Source: Spartobacteria bacterium (lineage in GTDB: Bacteria > Verrucomicrobiota > Verrucomicrobiia > Chthoniobacterales > Chthoniobacteraceae). From it: a stretch of DNA of 64,000 nucleotides. The notes beneath the pieces are model-generated. The model worked only from the letters and a program-made list of their open reading frames with translations, had not been told where the DNA came from and ran no database searches. Positions 53,098 through 64,000 of this stretch are shown here, one piece after another (the stretch's first letter is position 1; each line of letters starts with the position of its first letter). The stretch covers positions 49,197 through 113,196 of the forward strand of contig JANMSW010000048.1 of the NCBI GenBank assembly GCA_031389825.1, given 5' to 3'. A program made the translations under genes and the position numbers.

Positions 53098-53535
53098 CTA
53101 CGGGGTAGCCGGTGCCGCTCCGCTCACGCCGCCAGCGGGTGGCTCGTCGTCTTCCTTCGCAGGCTTTGCAGGCGCAGGGGTGCTCGAAGCTGGATCTGCC
53201 GCGGCGGCGTCCGGCTTGGGCGGCTCAGAGCGCTCGATCTTCCACTTCTCGACGACCTTCCTCGCGTCATCGTCGGTTTTCGCGAGATCGATCACGGCAT
53301 TGAGCAGGTTCGTGTACTCCGTTTGAATCTGGGTCGCTTGTTTGACGAGATCCCCCCGCTGCTCAATCAGGCTGGCGAGTTGCGCCTCGGCGCGCTGCAC
53401 GTTGTCGATCTGGTTGTCGGCGTTGGTCAGCTGCCATTGCATGATCGAAGCGCCCTGGTAGGCGGCACCAATCTGCGCGCCGAAAAAGACTGCGGCGGCG
53501 AGGGAGAGCAGGGCGAGAGGGATCTGGAGGTTCAT
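53098..53535 (-). CDS. membrane-anchored coiled-coil protein with Pro/Ala-rich tail
   Basis: N-terminal TM LALLSLAAAVFFGA and a helical heptad-like middle. Start at MNLQIP (ATG 53535). Confidence 0.5.
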   Translation of the reverse strand: MNLQIPLALLSLAAAVFFGAQIGAAYQGASIMQWQLTNADNQIDNVQRAEAQLASLIEQRGDLVKQATQIQTEYTNLLNAVIDLAKTDDDARKVVEKWKIERSEPPKPDAAAADPASSTPAPAKPAKEDDEPPAGGVSGAAPATP

Positions 53536-53600
53536 CGACTCGGTGGGAGAGGTCGCTTCGTGCGAAGAGGGGGTGATGAGGTGGCCGGGGATAAGCTTTC

Positions 53601-53960
53601 TCACTGTGCTGCCTCCTTTGCGCCCGGGGCTGGAGTTGCTTCGGAGATGGTCACGCCGTATTTCGTGAGCAGCGATCGGATCTTCTCGTTCTTATTTTGG
53701 ATAGCGACCGTGCCAAGATCCTTTAGCACTGCTGGGCCGACTTGCTGCGCGAGCGTCGTTCCGGCCTTGATTTGCTCCTGCTGCGCCTGCGCATGCTGTT
53801 GTTGAAGCTGCACGGCTTGGGACCGCGTCTGAAGGGTTTGCTGCTTGCGCTGCAACTCGGACTGCAAAGTCTGGTTCTGGTTCGTGACGAAGAAGAACCA
53901 AATGCTGAGCGCAAGGCACAGGACCGATGCGGCCACGGACAGAACGGAGGAGAACTTCAT
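53601..53960 (-). CDS. membrane-anchored Gln-rich coiled-coil protein
   Basis: TM VAASVLCLALSIWFFFV followed by a Q-rich helix. Overlaps the downstream ORF frame by 4 nt. Confidence 0.5.
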   Translation of the reverse strand: MKFSSVLSVAASVLCLALSIWFFFVTNQNQTLQSELQRKQQTLQTRSQAVQLQQQHAQAQQEQIKAGTTLAQQVGPAVLKDLGTVAIQNKNEKIRSLLTKYGVTISEATPAPGAKEAAQ

Positions 53961-53993
53961 GGGCGGGTCTTCTCGCGCGCGGGTCGAAAGGCG

Positions 53994-55151
53994 TCAACCC
54001 AATTTCGGAGGAACTGGTCCGCTCGAGGATCGCTCAATCAGACGGACTGACAGGATCTGCTTGCGCGGCTCGGTCGCCAGCGGCTCCCGGACCAGGCGCT
54101 CAATCTCGCAAATACCGACCCGCGCCATCTCTTCAGCAGGAAGGTGTGCAGTGGTTAGGCCAGGGATGACCATCGATGAGCAGAAATCGTCGCCACAGCC
54201 CACTACGCTGAGTTCTTCTGGAACGCGAATGCCGCGGGCTTGTGCCTGCATGAGCACGCCCGCCGCAGCAGTATCACTAAGGCAGAAGATTGCGCTCGGT
54301 TTCACCGGATGGCTGAGGAGGTCGTCCAAAGCGGACGCGCCAGCGGCATAGCTGAGGTCGCCGTACACGATATTCTGCGCCTCAATAGAAATACCGAAGT
54401 CGTCGTACGCGAGCTTCACTCCACGATGGAGCTCCAACGTCTGCTGATCCGTTGTGCCGAATGGGCCGGAGACGATTGCGATGTGCTCGTGCCCCAGTTT
54501 GAAGAGGTGCTGCACTGCCAGCTGCGAGGCCATCGCGTAGTCAGGCACCAGACTCAGCACGCCGGGGACCGGGACTTCAGTCCCGAGGCTGATCACCGGC
54601 GATCCACGTCTCAGCAGGAGCTGCATGAGCGATAGATTCGTCGGGCCGAAGCAGAGCAGCTTCGAGGCAACTCCCGAGGCGATCGGGTGGGGGAAATTAT
54701 CCGGATCAGCAGATCCATAATCGGCTTGATCCGTGTACGAGCCGATGGTGATCGGATGTGAGGGATCCGAGACTGCGTCCATTGCACCCTGCACGATGCG
54801 ACCGAGAAAGGGGTGGGTGACACCGCCAGGGATGGAGGCGGAAAAGAGTAGGCAGAAGTCGCCCAACTCCGGGTACATGCGAACCACGGCCCGGAGATCG
54901 TTTGGGATGTAGCCCATCTCGCGGCAGACCTTGAAGACCCGCTCGCGGGTTTTCTCGCTCACTCGGATCCCGTAATCGCGATCGTTTAGCAGCGAGGAGA
55001 TCGCACCCTGCGAGACCCCCGCAGCTTTGGCGATCTGCGCCATCGTGATGGTTTTCTGCAGGTCACCCAGTTTTCGCAACTGAGGAGCGCGTGTTTCGCC
55101 GCTGCTCGTCTCGCCCCAATGTGGCGAGGGGTCCTCAAACGGCGAATTCAT
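53994..55151 (-). CDS. LacI-family transcriptional regulator
   Basis: HTH TMAQIAKAAGVSQGAISSLLN plus a periplasmic-binding-like core. Confidence 0.85.
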   Translation of the reverse strand: MNSPFEDPSPHWGETSSGETRAPQLRKLGDLQKTITMAQIAKAAGVSQGAISSLLNDRDYGIRVSEKTRERVFKVCREMGYIPNDLRAVVRMYPELGDFCLLFSASIPGGVTHPFLGRIVQGAMDAVSDPSHPITIGSYTDQADYGSADPDNFPHPIASGVASKLLCFGPTNLSLMQLLLRRGSPVISLGTEVPVPGVLSLVPDYAMASQLAVQHLFKLGHEHIAIVSGPFGTTDQQTLELHRGVKLAYDDFGISIEAQNIVYGDLSYAAGASALDDLLSHPVKPSAIFCLSDTAAAGVLMQAQARGIRVPEELSVVGCGDDFCSSMVIPGLTTAHLPAEEMARVGICEIERLVREPLATEPRKQILSVRLIERSSSGPVPPKLG

Positions 55152-55232
55152 GAAAGAGCAAGTAATGCGGGGAACTCCACGTTCTCAAGAACGAAAGTTC
55201 CCACCAGCCTTCCACAACGCTGAAAGGTGTGT

Positions 55233-57092
55233 TTACTCGCCCGGCGGGAGGATTTTCTTAGTTAACCGATCCACTCCCGACGTTGCGAACTCGCTGGCAG
55301 GGTAAAGCTTCTGCGCCTTTAGATACCACGCGAGGCTGGAGCCAATTTGCTCCTTCTTCTCAAGGTCCTGGGCACCTCGGATGGTACGGACAAAGTCCGC
55401 CGCCTGCGTCGTGAGGTCTGCCCGCGCGAGATTGAGCTTAGAGTCATTGGGGAACTTATCCGCCACCTTCTCCACGCTCTCCCACGCACCGGCATGATTG
55501 TTCTGCCGCTGCATCTCCTCGGCCCGCATGATCGCCGCCTCAATCGTCTGCATGTCACTTAGCACCTGCTTCAGCTGCGGCTGCTTGTCCGGGTAGATGG
55601 ACATTGCTGCAATGAAGCGGGGACTGTTCTCAAAGATCTGCCGGAAGTTCTTCTGACCAAGTAGCTGATCGAAATCGAGCAAGGCCTGCTGGTGGATGTC
55701 ACCCTGATTGAAGATCGTCCGTGAGAGCTCCGCCAGCGCTGGATTTCGTGGCCAGAGCTTGGTCGCCTCGGTTAGCTCTGTCTCGAGAGTCTTGCGATCG
55801 CCACGGAGCGCGGCATTCCGAGCCTGGGCCAGGCGGAACGAAGCTGTGGTCTTCGTGCCTTCGATCAGAGCCATCGGTTTCGAGTTGTCGAAATCCTTGG
55901 CGATCACGGCGAGTTCCTTCACGAGGCCCTCCGCGAGCGTGAAGTCCTTCACCTCCAAGGCGGAGATCAGCTGATTCGACTTCTGGGCGAACCCGAGTGA
56001 CTGACGCTTCTTCGCGCGCGGCAATGTTCGGATCTCAGCAAGGTACTCGCCAGCCGTGAATGCTTCCGCCAGCCGCTTGGTTGCGCTCTCCAATTCGTCG
56101 TTTTGGAGGAGGAACTCGTACGCTTTCACGCCTTCACGCACATCACGGATCGCTTCGTTGGCCAGCGAGTCCAGCGTGCTCACCGTGGGCGGCATACCGG
56201 TGCTCTTGGCGAACAGGTCGCGGGTTTCTTCGCCGACGTTCAGCTTCGTGTCGCCATCGCTGAAGACCGCGCGATAGAAGCGCGTGCCCATGAGTACATG
56301 CTGGAATCGCCGCTGCAGAAAGAACTGCACGATCAGCGCTTGGAACTCGACCTTCGCCTGGATTTCCGAGAGTTCGCGTTTCGCCGAGTTGATTTTGAGC
56401 TGAGCCTCGAGTTCCGCGACCCGCTTCATTCGGTCCTGCACGATCATCGCGCTGCGCTCATTGAGCGATGACGTATTCCCACCTTGCTTGCTGGAGGTGC
56501 TGCGCTGCGTGTTGCCCGCGCCTGCGTTGGTGGCATCCCATTGGAAGCCGCGCCGCTCCTGCTCGAGCGAGCTTCGCGCCGCCACCAGGCGACCCTGCGC
56601 CCGCTGCGCCAGCCATGCGCTGTAGACCGCATCGGCCAGCGCGTCGCAGAGGCGAGCATCAATGTCGTACCCCGAGCCGCGTGGCAGCAGGCGGAAGGCG
56701 ACATCAATGTTCTCAGTTGTTGCGTTACCGGGAGCCAGGCGCTTCAGGATCTCCGTAATGATTGCCTGATAGTTCCGATCTTCTGCCGTGGTCGCTTCCG
56801 GGGCGTTTAAGTACTTCTCAAAGCGAGCCTGAAAGAGCCGGTTGTTGTTGATGTTCCAGCTCCGCCCGTTCCACGTCAGGACTTCCGAGCCGGGGTCGAA
56901 GAAGGGCATGCCGCTGTTCTCGTCGCCTTTCTTCTCTGCCGGAGCGGGTGCAGGGGTTGCCGCAGCCGGCGCGGCCGCTGGAGCGGGAGCAGGCGTTGCA
57001 GTCGGAGCAGGTGCCGGCGCGTCTGGGACTTGCGCCAGAAGCGGGCCAGCGGCGTGCAGCAAAGCTGCGAGCAGGAGCGTCGTCTGCTTCAT
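55233..57092 (-). CDS. secreted protein of unknown function (Ala/Pro-rich linker, helical repeats)
   Basis: Signal peptide LLLAALLHAAGPLLA. APAPAPTATPAPAPAAAPAAATPAPAP tract. Confidence 0.6.
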   Translation of the reverse strand: MKQTTLLLAALLHAAGPLLAQVPDAPAPAPTATPAPAPAAAPAAATPAPAPAEKKGDENSGMPFFDPGSEVLTWNGRSWNINNNRLFQARFEKYLNAPEATTAEDRNYQAIITEILKRLAPGNATTENIDVAFRLLPRGSGYDIDARLCDALADAVYSAWLAQRAQGRLVAARSSLEQERRGFQWDATNAGAGNTQRSTSSKQGGNTSSLNERSAMIVQDRMKRVAELEAQLKINSAKRELSEIQAKVEFQALIVQFFLQRRFQHVLMGTRFYRAVFSDGDTKLNVGEETRDLFAKSTGMPPTVSTLDSLANEAIRDVREGVKAYEFLLQNDELESATKRLAEAFTAGEYLAEIRTLPRAKKRQSLGFAQKSNQLISALEVKDFTLAEGLVKELAVIAKDFDNSKPMALIEGTKTTASFRLAQARNAALRGDRKTLETELTEATKLWPRNPALAELSRTIFNQGDIHQQALLDFDQLLGQKNFRQIFENSPRFIAAMSIYPDKQPQLKQVLSDMQTIEAAIMRAEEMQRQNNHAGAWESVEKVADKFPNDSKLNLARADLTTQAADFVRTIRGAQDLEKKEQIGSSLAWYLKAQKLYPASEFATSGVDRLTKKILPPGE

Positions 57093-57496
57093 GCCTTTCT
57101 CAAATCCTGTACTCGAAGGATCCCCTTGTCGCCGACTTCAATCTTAAAAAGGAACCGCTGCCCGCGCTCGATGTTCAGATTGTTGAACTGCGACGGGATA
57201 AGCAGCGGCACCACTTCGCCCCGGGAATCCGTACCGGTGACATCCACGGAGAAGAGGCGCCCAGCTGTGGCCGACCAGTCAAGTGAGCGCGAAACGGTCC
57301 CGTCCAGCTTGTACACGTTGCCCCGCAGGCTGTTCGCATTCTCCATGTAGTCAGCCACAGGGAGCAGCTTCATCGTCCGGTACGGATCGTTTGCCTTGCC
57401 GTACAGGAGGTAACCCACGGCGATCACCGTGAGGACAAGTACACCTGCCGCGGCGAGCCACAGGGGATGCGAGGAGGAGCTAGCGCGACGTGCCAT
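57089..57496 (-). CDS. membrane-anchored hypothetical protein
   Basis: Single TM LWLAAAGVLVLTVIAVGYLL. Its stop overlaps the downstream start by 4 nt. Confidence 0.55.
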   Translation of the reverse strand: MARRASSSSHPLWLAAAGVLVLTVIAVGYLLYGKANDPYRTMKLLPVADYMENANSLRGNVYKLDGTVSRSLDWSATAGRLFSVDVTGTDSRGEVVPLLIPSQFNNLNIERGQRFLFKIEVGDKGILRVQDLRKA

Positions 57497-57562
57497 GGGG
57501 GTGCGTTTTCAACTTGTGAGCGAATCCTGCGCAGGCAAGTCGAAAGTAGCCAGGCGTTCCCG

Positions 57563-58735
57563 CTACTTGATCCGCCCCCAATGGGAGTCAAACGGCCAGT
57601 AGACGAAAACACCGCGTCCCATGAGGTTCTGCTCAGGCACCGCGCCCCAGTCCCGGCTGTCCGAGCTGTGGAATGAGTTGTCGCCCAGCGCGAAGTAGCT
57701 CTTCGGCGGCACCTGATACTCGCTGCCAGGTGTGCGCATGATCGGATAGGTGAAGCTCGAGAAGCCGTTCGCATAGCCACGATAGCCATTGTTCGGGTTC
57801 TCCGGCGTACCGGAGCCTACGCGCTGCAGCGGCGCTTCCCGGGGGAGTTCGCCATTTACAAAGATCTGCGGTGGAGCGATGCGCAGGGAGTCACCCGGCA
57901 GGCCGACGAGACGCTTGATATAGAACTGCGATGGGCTACCCGGGTTGCGCTGGGCCTCGGGAGTAGGCAGGCCAGCTGTGTTGAAGACAAAGACGTCCGC
58001 GCGGCTCGGGTGCCGGAAGTGATAAGAGAACTTGTCCACGAAGACATGATCCCCGGTGTCGAAGTACCCTCTCGCGATCGACTCACCCGCGCGGAACATG
58101 CGGGGCCCACCCAGCAGATCCTTCTTAAGTGGATCACTGGTCTCCTTGACCACGTAGCGATTGCCTTTGTCGGTGATTAGTTCCGTGCGAGAGAAGAAAC
58201 CGACGTTCTTGAAGATCGGCGTCCGGTCCACGAAAGGCAGGAGCGATTTGTACTCGCGGATCTCCACGATCATCTCGTCCGCTTTTGCAACCAGGTCCAC
58301 GTAGGTACGACCGAAGACGATCCCGTGAAACGTCCGGACCAGGATGTTCGGAAGCGGCTCCGTGATTGGCGTCCCGATGATTCCATTCAGGGTTGGCTGC
58401 ATGGATCCTGTGGGGATCGTGAACGGCTGGATGAAATAGGTCCGCACTGCCAGTGCGATAATGATCGCCACCAGGAACACTTCCACGTTCTCGCGCCAAC
58501 CAGCATCCGTCTGGGGCTTGGTCAGCTTCCCGCAGACCTTATCGAGCTTGTTCGCTTGCACCTCCACAGCCGCCTTGTCCCGGCTCTTCACCGCAGCCTC
58601 CAGCGCGATGATCTCCCCCTCGACTTCGCCGATCGTCTCTGTGCTCACCAGGTCGCGCTTGTACGCCAGCAGCTTGCGCGCATCCCGGGCAAACTGGGTG
58701 CCGTGCTTCACGTATCGGGGAGTCAGAAAAAACAT
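57563..58735 (-). CDS. lepB: signal peptidase I
   Basis: IPTGSMQPTL (Ser box), GDHVFVDKFSY (Lys box), GDNSFHSSDSR. Confidence 0.9.
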   Translation of the reverse strand: MFFLTPRYVKHGTQFARDARKLLAYKRDLVSTETIGEVEGEIIALEAAVKSRDKAAVEVQANKLDKVCGKLTKPQTDAGWRENVEVFLVAIIIALAVRTYFIQPFTIPTGSMQPTLNGIIGTPITEPLPNILVRTFHGIVFGRTYVDLVAKADEMIVEIREYKSLLPFVDRTPIFKNVGFFSRTELITDKGNRYVVKETSDPLKKDLLGGPRMFRAGESIARGYFDTGDHVFVDKFSYHFRHPSRADVFVFNTAGLPTPEAQRNPGSPSQFYIKRLVGLPGDSLRIAPPQIFVNGELPREAPLQRVGSGTPENPNNGYRGYANGFSSFTYPIMRTPGSEYQVPPKSYFALGDNSFHSSDSRDWGAVPEQNLMGRGVFVYWPFDSHWGRIK

Positions 58736-58769
58736 GGAGGCGCTTCCTCTACCGGAGTCGGGGGGATGA

Positions 58770-59015
58770 GTCCACGAAAGACACGAAAGGCACTAAATGG
58801 GAGGGAGGGGATTCTAACGCGAAATACGCGAAAAGGACGCGAAAGGGGGAGAGGAAATCGGCGGGAGTTTTAGCATTCACCCGCACCGTCTCGAAAGTAA
58901 GCGCCCTCGCCATTCACCTGCTCCCTTTTGCCCCGTCTTCTTTCGCGTCCTTTTCGCGTATTTCGCGGAAAGCTCCCATCTCCTCCCCTTTAGTGCCTTT
59001 CGTGTCCTTCGTGGA

Positions 59016-59016
<1 letters not shown>
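58770..59016. repeat. long imperfect inverted repeat (arms ~76 nt, spacer ~94 nt) filling the lepA-lepB spacer
   Basis: Left arm 58770-58845, right arm 58940-59016. The outer 28 nt differ at 2 positions. The inner 28 nt CGCGAAATACGCGAAAAGGACGCGAAAG are identical in reverse complement. The central ~20 nt of each arm diverge. Confidence 0.85.
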
Positions 59017-60821
<1,805 letters not shown>

Positions 60822-61276
60822 AGGTCTGGAACGGGCGCGGGGTCGCGAGCCGGGGACTATGCGGGCGGTCCCTGACCCGGTCAACCTCTGCTAGACTCCG
60901 GCGCGCATTCGAGCGGCACTGCCTGAGAAAGCCATGCCTGGAGTGCCTCAGCGCCGGGAAATGGGTGAGCGCAAGCTGCCGAATGTGTCCTCATGAGGCT
61001 CTCGACTGCTCCCTCGACGGCCCGAAGTTGACCCTTCCAAGGGTCGTTCCCCTGCCTCGGAGGGTCAGCGACAAGCCTTGGCAGGCCCGAGCTCGGCCCT
61101 GGGAGGCTCGATTTCGTACCTCCCTAGGCCCATCGGAGATCCCTGGAGGGATCAATTTCCACCCTTCCCAGGGTCGACGGCGAGCCTCTGAAGCCGGACG
61201 GAGAGGCCCGGAGCATCTCCCCTTCGGCATGAAAATCAGATGGAGTTCCCGCCGCGGCCCTGCCTACATCGGAGGC

Positions 61277-61486
61277 ATGGCATTCTTCGAAATTCAGGAC
61301 ACCCCCTCCGTTTACGTTAACACTGACTACATGGAGCGCTTTCAATACACCTCCGATGCGGAAGGCAGCGGTAATCTTACCATTCACTTTGTGAGCGGTG
61401 AGAACCTCAGCTTCACCGGGCCGCAAGGGTCGATCGCGCATGAGTTATTGATGGAAGTGCTCTCGGACGAGTCTGACGAGGCCTAG
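61277..61486 (+). CDS. possible small acidic protein (69 aa)
   Basis: ATG preceded by GGAGG, though the spacing is very short. The longer 173-aa ORF version runs through a hairpin-rich region and looks non-coding there. Confidence 0.3.
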   Translation: MAFFEIQDTPSVYVNTDYMERFQYTSDAEGSGNLTIHFVSGENLSFTGPQGSIAHELLMEVLSDESDEA

Positions 61487-61492
61487 CGCCGG

Positions 61493-62473
61493 ATGGCTGG
61501 CGCGCCGCTTACGATCTGGTGCAACGCGGAGTTCACGGACGCCGCGCAGGCTCTCCTGCAGGACGGCGTACGGGGGCACCGCCTCGTCTTTGCCGCGGAG
61601 CGTTCCGCTTCAGTCCTGACCTCTGGCGCTCCAGATCCCGCGCTGGCCGAGGCGTATATTGCCTTCGGCCAGCCGGATCCCCGGAGCGTGCTCGATGCAC
61701 CGCGCATCGCTTGGGTGCAGCTCACCTCGGCCGGTTACACCCGCTACGACACTGAGGAGTTCCGCACGGGACTCGCTACGCGTGGTGGGGTGATGACGAA
61801 CAGCTCACAAGTATTCGCGGAGCCGTGTGCGGAGCACGCGCTCGCCTTCCTGCTCGCACAGGCTCGGCAGCTGCCGCAGTCGTTCGAAGTGCAGCGCGGC
61901 GATCGCTCGTGGCCGAGCCTCCCGCTGCGGGCCGGCTGCCACTTACTGCGTGGGCAGAGCATCCTGCTGCTCGGCTATGGGGCGATCGCGCGGCGGCTTG
62001 CCGAGATGCTTGCTCCCTTTCATATGGACGTCCGCATCCTGCGACGGCGACTTACCGGCGATGAGCAGGGGACGGTGGTTGCGGAAGAGGACCTTGAGCG
62101 CGTGCTCGGGGAGGTGGATCACGTGATGAACATCCTTCCGGACAATCCGGCCACTCGACAGTACTTCGACGCTGCGAAGTTCGCCGCGATGAAGCCGGGC
62201 GCCGTCTTCTGCAACATTGGCCGTGGTACGACTGTGGATCAGGAGGCGCTGCTCTCAGCGCTCACGTCGGCTCGACTCGGCGCAGCCTACCTCGATGTCA
62301 CGGAGCCCGAGCCGCTCCCGCCGGAGCACCCGCTATGGGGTGCGCCGAACTGCTTCATCACGCCTCACACCGCTGGTGGGTTCAGTGGTGAACCCGAGGC
62401 TCTGGTGCGGCACTTCCTGGCGAACCTGGAGCGCTTCGTCGCCGGCACGGAGCTCCCGGACCGCATCGTTTGA
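61493..62473 (+). CDS. D-isomer-specific 2-hydroxyacid dehydrogenase family protein
   Basis: NAD fold LLLGYGAIARRLA. CNIGRG..VD; YLDVTEPEPLP; ITPHTAG. Confidence 0.85.
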   Translation: MAGAPLTIWCNAEFTDAAQALLQDGVRGHRLVFAAERSASVLTSGAPDPALAEAYIAFGQPDPRSVLDAPRIAWVQLTSAGYTRYDTEEFRTGLATRGGVMTNSSQVFAEPCAEHALAFLLAQARQLPQSFEVQRGDRSWPSLPLRAGCHLLRGQSILLLGYGAIARRLAEMLAPFHMDVRILRRRLTGDEQGTVVAEEDLERVLGEVDHVMNILPDNPATRQYFDAAKFAAMKPGAVFCNIGRGTTVDQEALLSALTSARLGAAYLDVTEPEPLPPEHPLWGAPNCFITPHTAGGFSGEPEALVRHFLANLERFVAGTELPDRIV

Positions 62474-63238
62474 TTAGGCGAAGCGCAGGCGCTCCTCGAT
62501 CTCCCGCACGCTGCGGGTGATCCCTACCCGCTGGCCATCGTGGAGGATCGCCACGTGTTCGCCGGCAGAGATTGATTGCAGTTCCTTCACGCGCCGGAGA
62601 TTCAGAATCGCCGAGCGGCTCACCCGAAGGAACGCGGCGGGCGTCAGCTGGGCCTCGAGCGCCGCCATGGTCTCCCGAAGAATGTGTGTCTCCTTACCGA
62701 CATGGAGGACGACGTAGTTGCCCGCGGCTTCGCACCAGTCCACGTCGTCGGTGGCGACGAAGGACGTGCGCTCACCGCTCCGGACCGCAAGCCGCCGGGG
62801 GCGATTGGCGGTGGCTTCACGTTCCGCGAGCAGGTCCAGGAGCGGTTGGGAAAGCGCGGCGCTCCCGTCCGACGCGCGCATCCGCTCGCGGACCCGCGTC
62901 AGTGACTCCTGGAGACGCGCGAGCGAGGTCGGCTTGAGTAGATAGTCCACCGCGCGCGCTTCAAAGGCCCGCACGGCATGCTGATCGTAGGCGGTTACGA
63001 AGACGATCGCCGGGAGGTTCGTCGGGTCGAGATGGCTGACGACCTCGAAGCCGTCCATCCCGGGCATCTGCACATCCAGCAGCAGGAGATCCGGTTGGTG
63101 CGTCTCGACCGCCTGCACCGCCGCTGGGCCGTCCGCGCACTCGGCCACGATCTCTACCTCCGGCTCGTGCCCGAGCAGCCGCCGGAGCCGGGCGCGGGCC
63201 AGCGTCTCGTCGTCCACGATCACGACTCGGAGCTTCAT
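62474..63238 (-). CDS. LytR/AlgR-family response regulator (REC + LytTR)
   Basis: VVIVDDE, LLLLDVQMPGMDG and a C-terminal LytTR-like FLRVSRSAILNL. Confidence 0.9.
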   Translation of the reverse strand: MKLRVVIVDDETLARARLRRLLGHEPEVEIVAECADGPAAVQAVETHQPDLLLLDVQMPGMDGFEVVSHLDPTNLPAIVFVTAYDQHAVRAFEARAVDYLLKPTSLARLQESLTRVRERMRASDGSAALSQPLLDLLAEREATANRPRRLAVRSGERTSFVATDDVDWCEAAGNYVVLHVGKETHILRETMAALEAQLTPAAFLRVSRSAILNLRRVKELQSISAGEHVAILHDGQRVGITRSVREIEERLRFA

Positions 63239-64000
63239 GGAGTAGTACGAAAGGGGAGCGTCACAATGACTTGAACCCCCTGATCACTCCGGAGTTCCAG
63301 GCTCGCGCGGTCGCCATAGAGTTCCCGCAGCCGTGCCCGCGTGTTGCTCAAGCCAATGCCTTCCCGCGAAGGTGCGCCTTCACGAAGGCCGACGCCGTTG
63401 TCCGTGACCTCGATGCGGAGGGAATCCCCGTCCCGGCGCGAGATTACTGTGAGGAGGCCGGGCTCGGTTTGCGCCTGGAGGCCGTGACGGAGAGCGTTCT
63501 CGACCAGCGGCTGCAGCAGGAAGTTCGGCACCAGAGCCGCCGCGGTCTCAGGTGCGATCTCCATCTTGACGCTCAGCCGCTCCTGGAAGCGTACCTGCTC
63601 GATCGCGAGGTACCGTTCCACCACATCCAGCTCGCGCCGCAGTGGCAGCTCCTGCTCGCCGGAAGTTTCCAGGGTCAGCCGGAGCAGGTCGCTGAGTGCG
63701 CCGATCATCGCATCCGCTGCGTGCGCGTCGCGATGAACCAGCTCGGCGATGCTGTTCAGCGCATTGAAAAGGAAGTGCGGCTGGAGCTGCATCTTTAGCG
63801 CCTCGACTCGAGCCCGGGCGAGGCTGGCTCCGAGCTCCAGCGCGCGGCGTTCCCGGTCCTGCGACCGCTGGTAGAAGTGCGCCGCGTGCCCGATGCTGAT
63901 GATCGCCAGATAGACCGGGAGCCGCAGGCCGACGAGGAAGAGCAGACCGAGCGAGGGGCCGCGCTTCCGAGAAGGAGGTCCGTGCCGGCCGCGCCGCTCT
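63235..64000 (-). CDS. LytS/YehU-type sensor histidine kinase (5' end outside the window)
   Basis: QLQPHFLFNALNSI (His_kinase box), LVENALRHG, GIGLSNTRARL. The frame stays open upstream to the window edge. Overlaps the regulator start by 4 nt. Confidence 0.85.
   Translation of the reverse strand, partial: ERRGRHGPPSRKRGPSLGLLFLVGLRLPVYLAIISIGHAAHFYQRSQDRERRALELGASLARARVEALKMQLQPHFLFNALNSIAELVHRDAHAADAMIGALSDLLRLTLETSGEQELPLRRELDVVERYLAIEQVRFQERLSVKMEIAPETAAALVPNFLLQPLVENALRHGLQAQTEPGLLTVISRRDGDSLRIEVTDNGVGLREGAPSREGIGLSNTRARLRELYGDRASLELRSDQGVQVIVTLPFRTTP

Overview
High-GC bacterial chromosome segment, probably Verrucomicrobiota-like. This is suggested by PEP-CTERM sorting signals, an H-X9-DG prepilin-type protein and autotransporter-associated beta-strand repeats. 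From about 16 kb to 64 kb the content is mostly housekeeping: uvrD/pcrA, dgt, mpl plus an M14 peptidase, GT39/PAP2, cca, hisG, mutS, rhomboid, lepA-lepB, and a LytS/LytTR two-component pair. Surface and secretion genes are interspersed. The left 16 kb is accessory. Positions 1-3.3 kb look more AT-rich by eye and carry a trypco2-like gene overlapping an unknown 328-aa gene, an SF1 helicase that lacks motif I, and a start-less L7/L12-C-like ORF. Positions 3.3-15.1 kb hold a nearly unidirectional minus-strand island that ends about 0.8 kb from the 3' end of tRNA-Asp(GTC). It encodes a Ycf46-like AAA+ ATPase coupled to DUF2997, DUF1257 and a 74-aa ORF, a SWIM protein, DUF3150, XRE, RadC/JAB, a beta-clamp homolog with a long tail, a WGR-fused ATP-dependent DNA ligase and a Cas4-like Fe-S nuclease. 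No integrase, capsid or conjugation gene is visible. My best candidates for an undescribed system are the four-gene DUF1257-DUF2997-ORF74-AAA+ operon inside this island and the trypco2 pair at the window edge. Two non-coding structures also stand out. One is a 15-bp motif array in the mutS-rhomboid intergenic region. The other is a ~76-bp inverted repeat built from phased CGAAAG-type octamers that fills the lepA-lepB spacer. No CRISPR array, rRNA or recognisable transposase was seen. All family assignments come from motif recognition by eye, not from searches.
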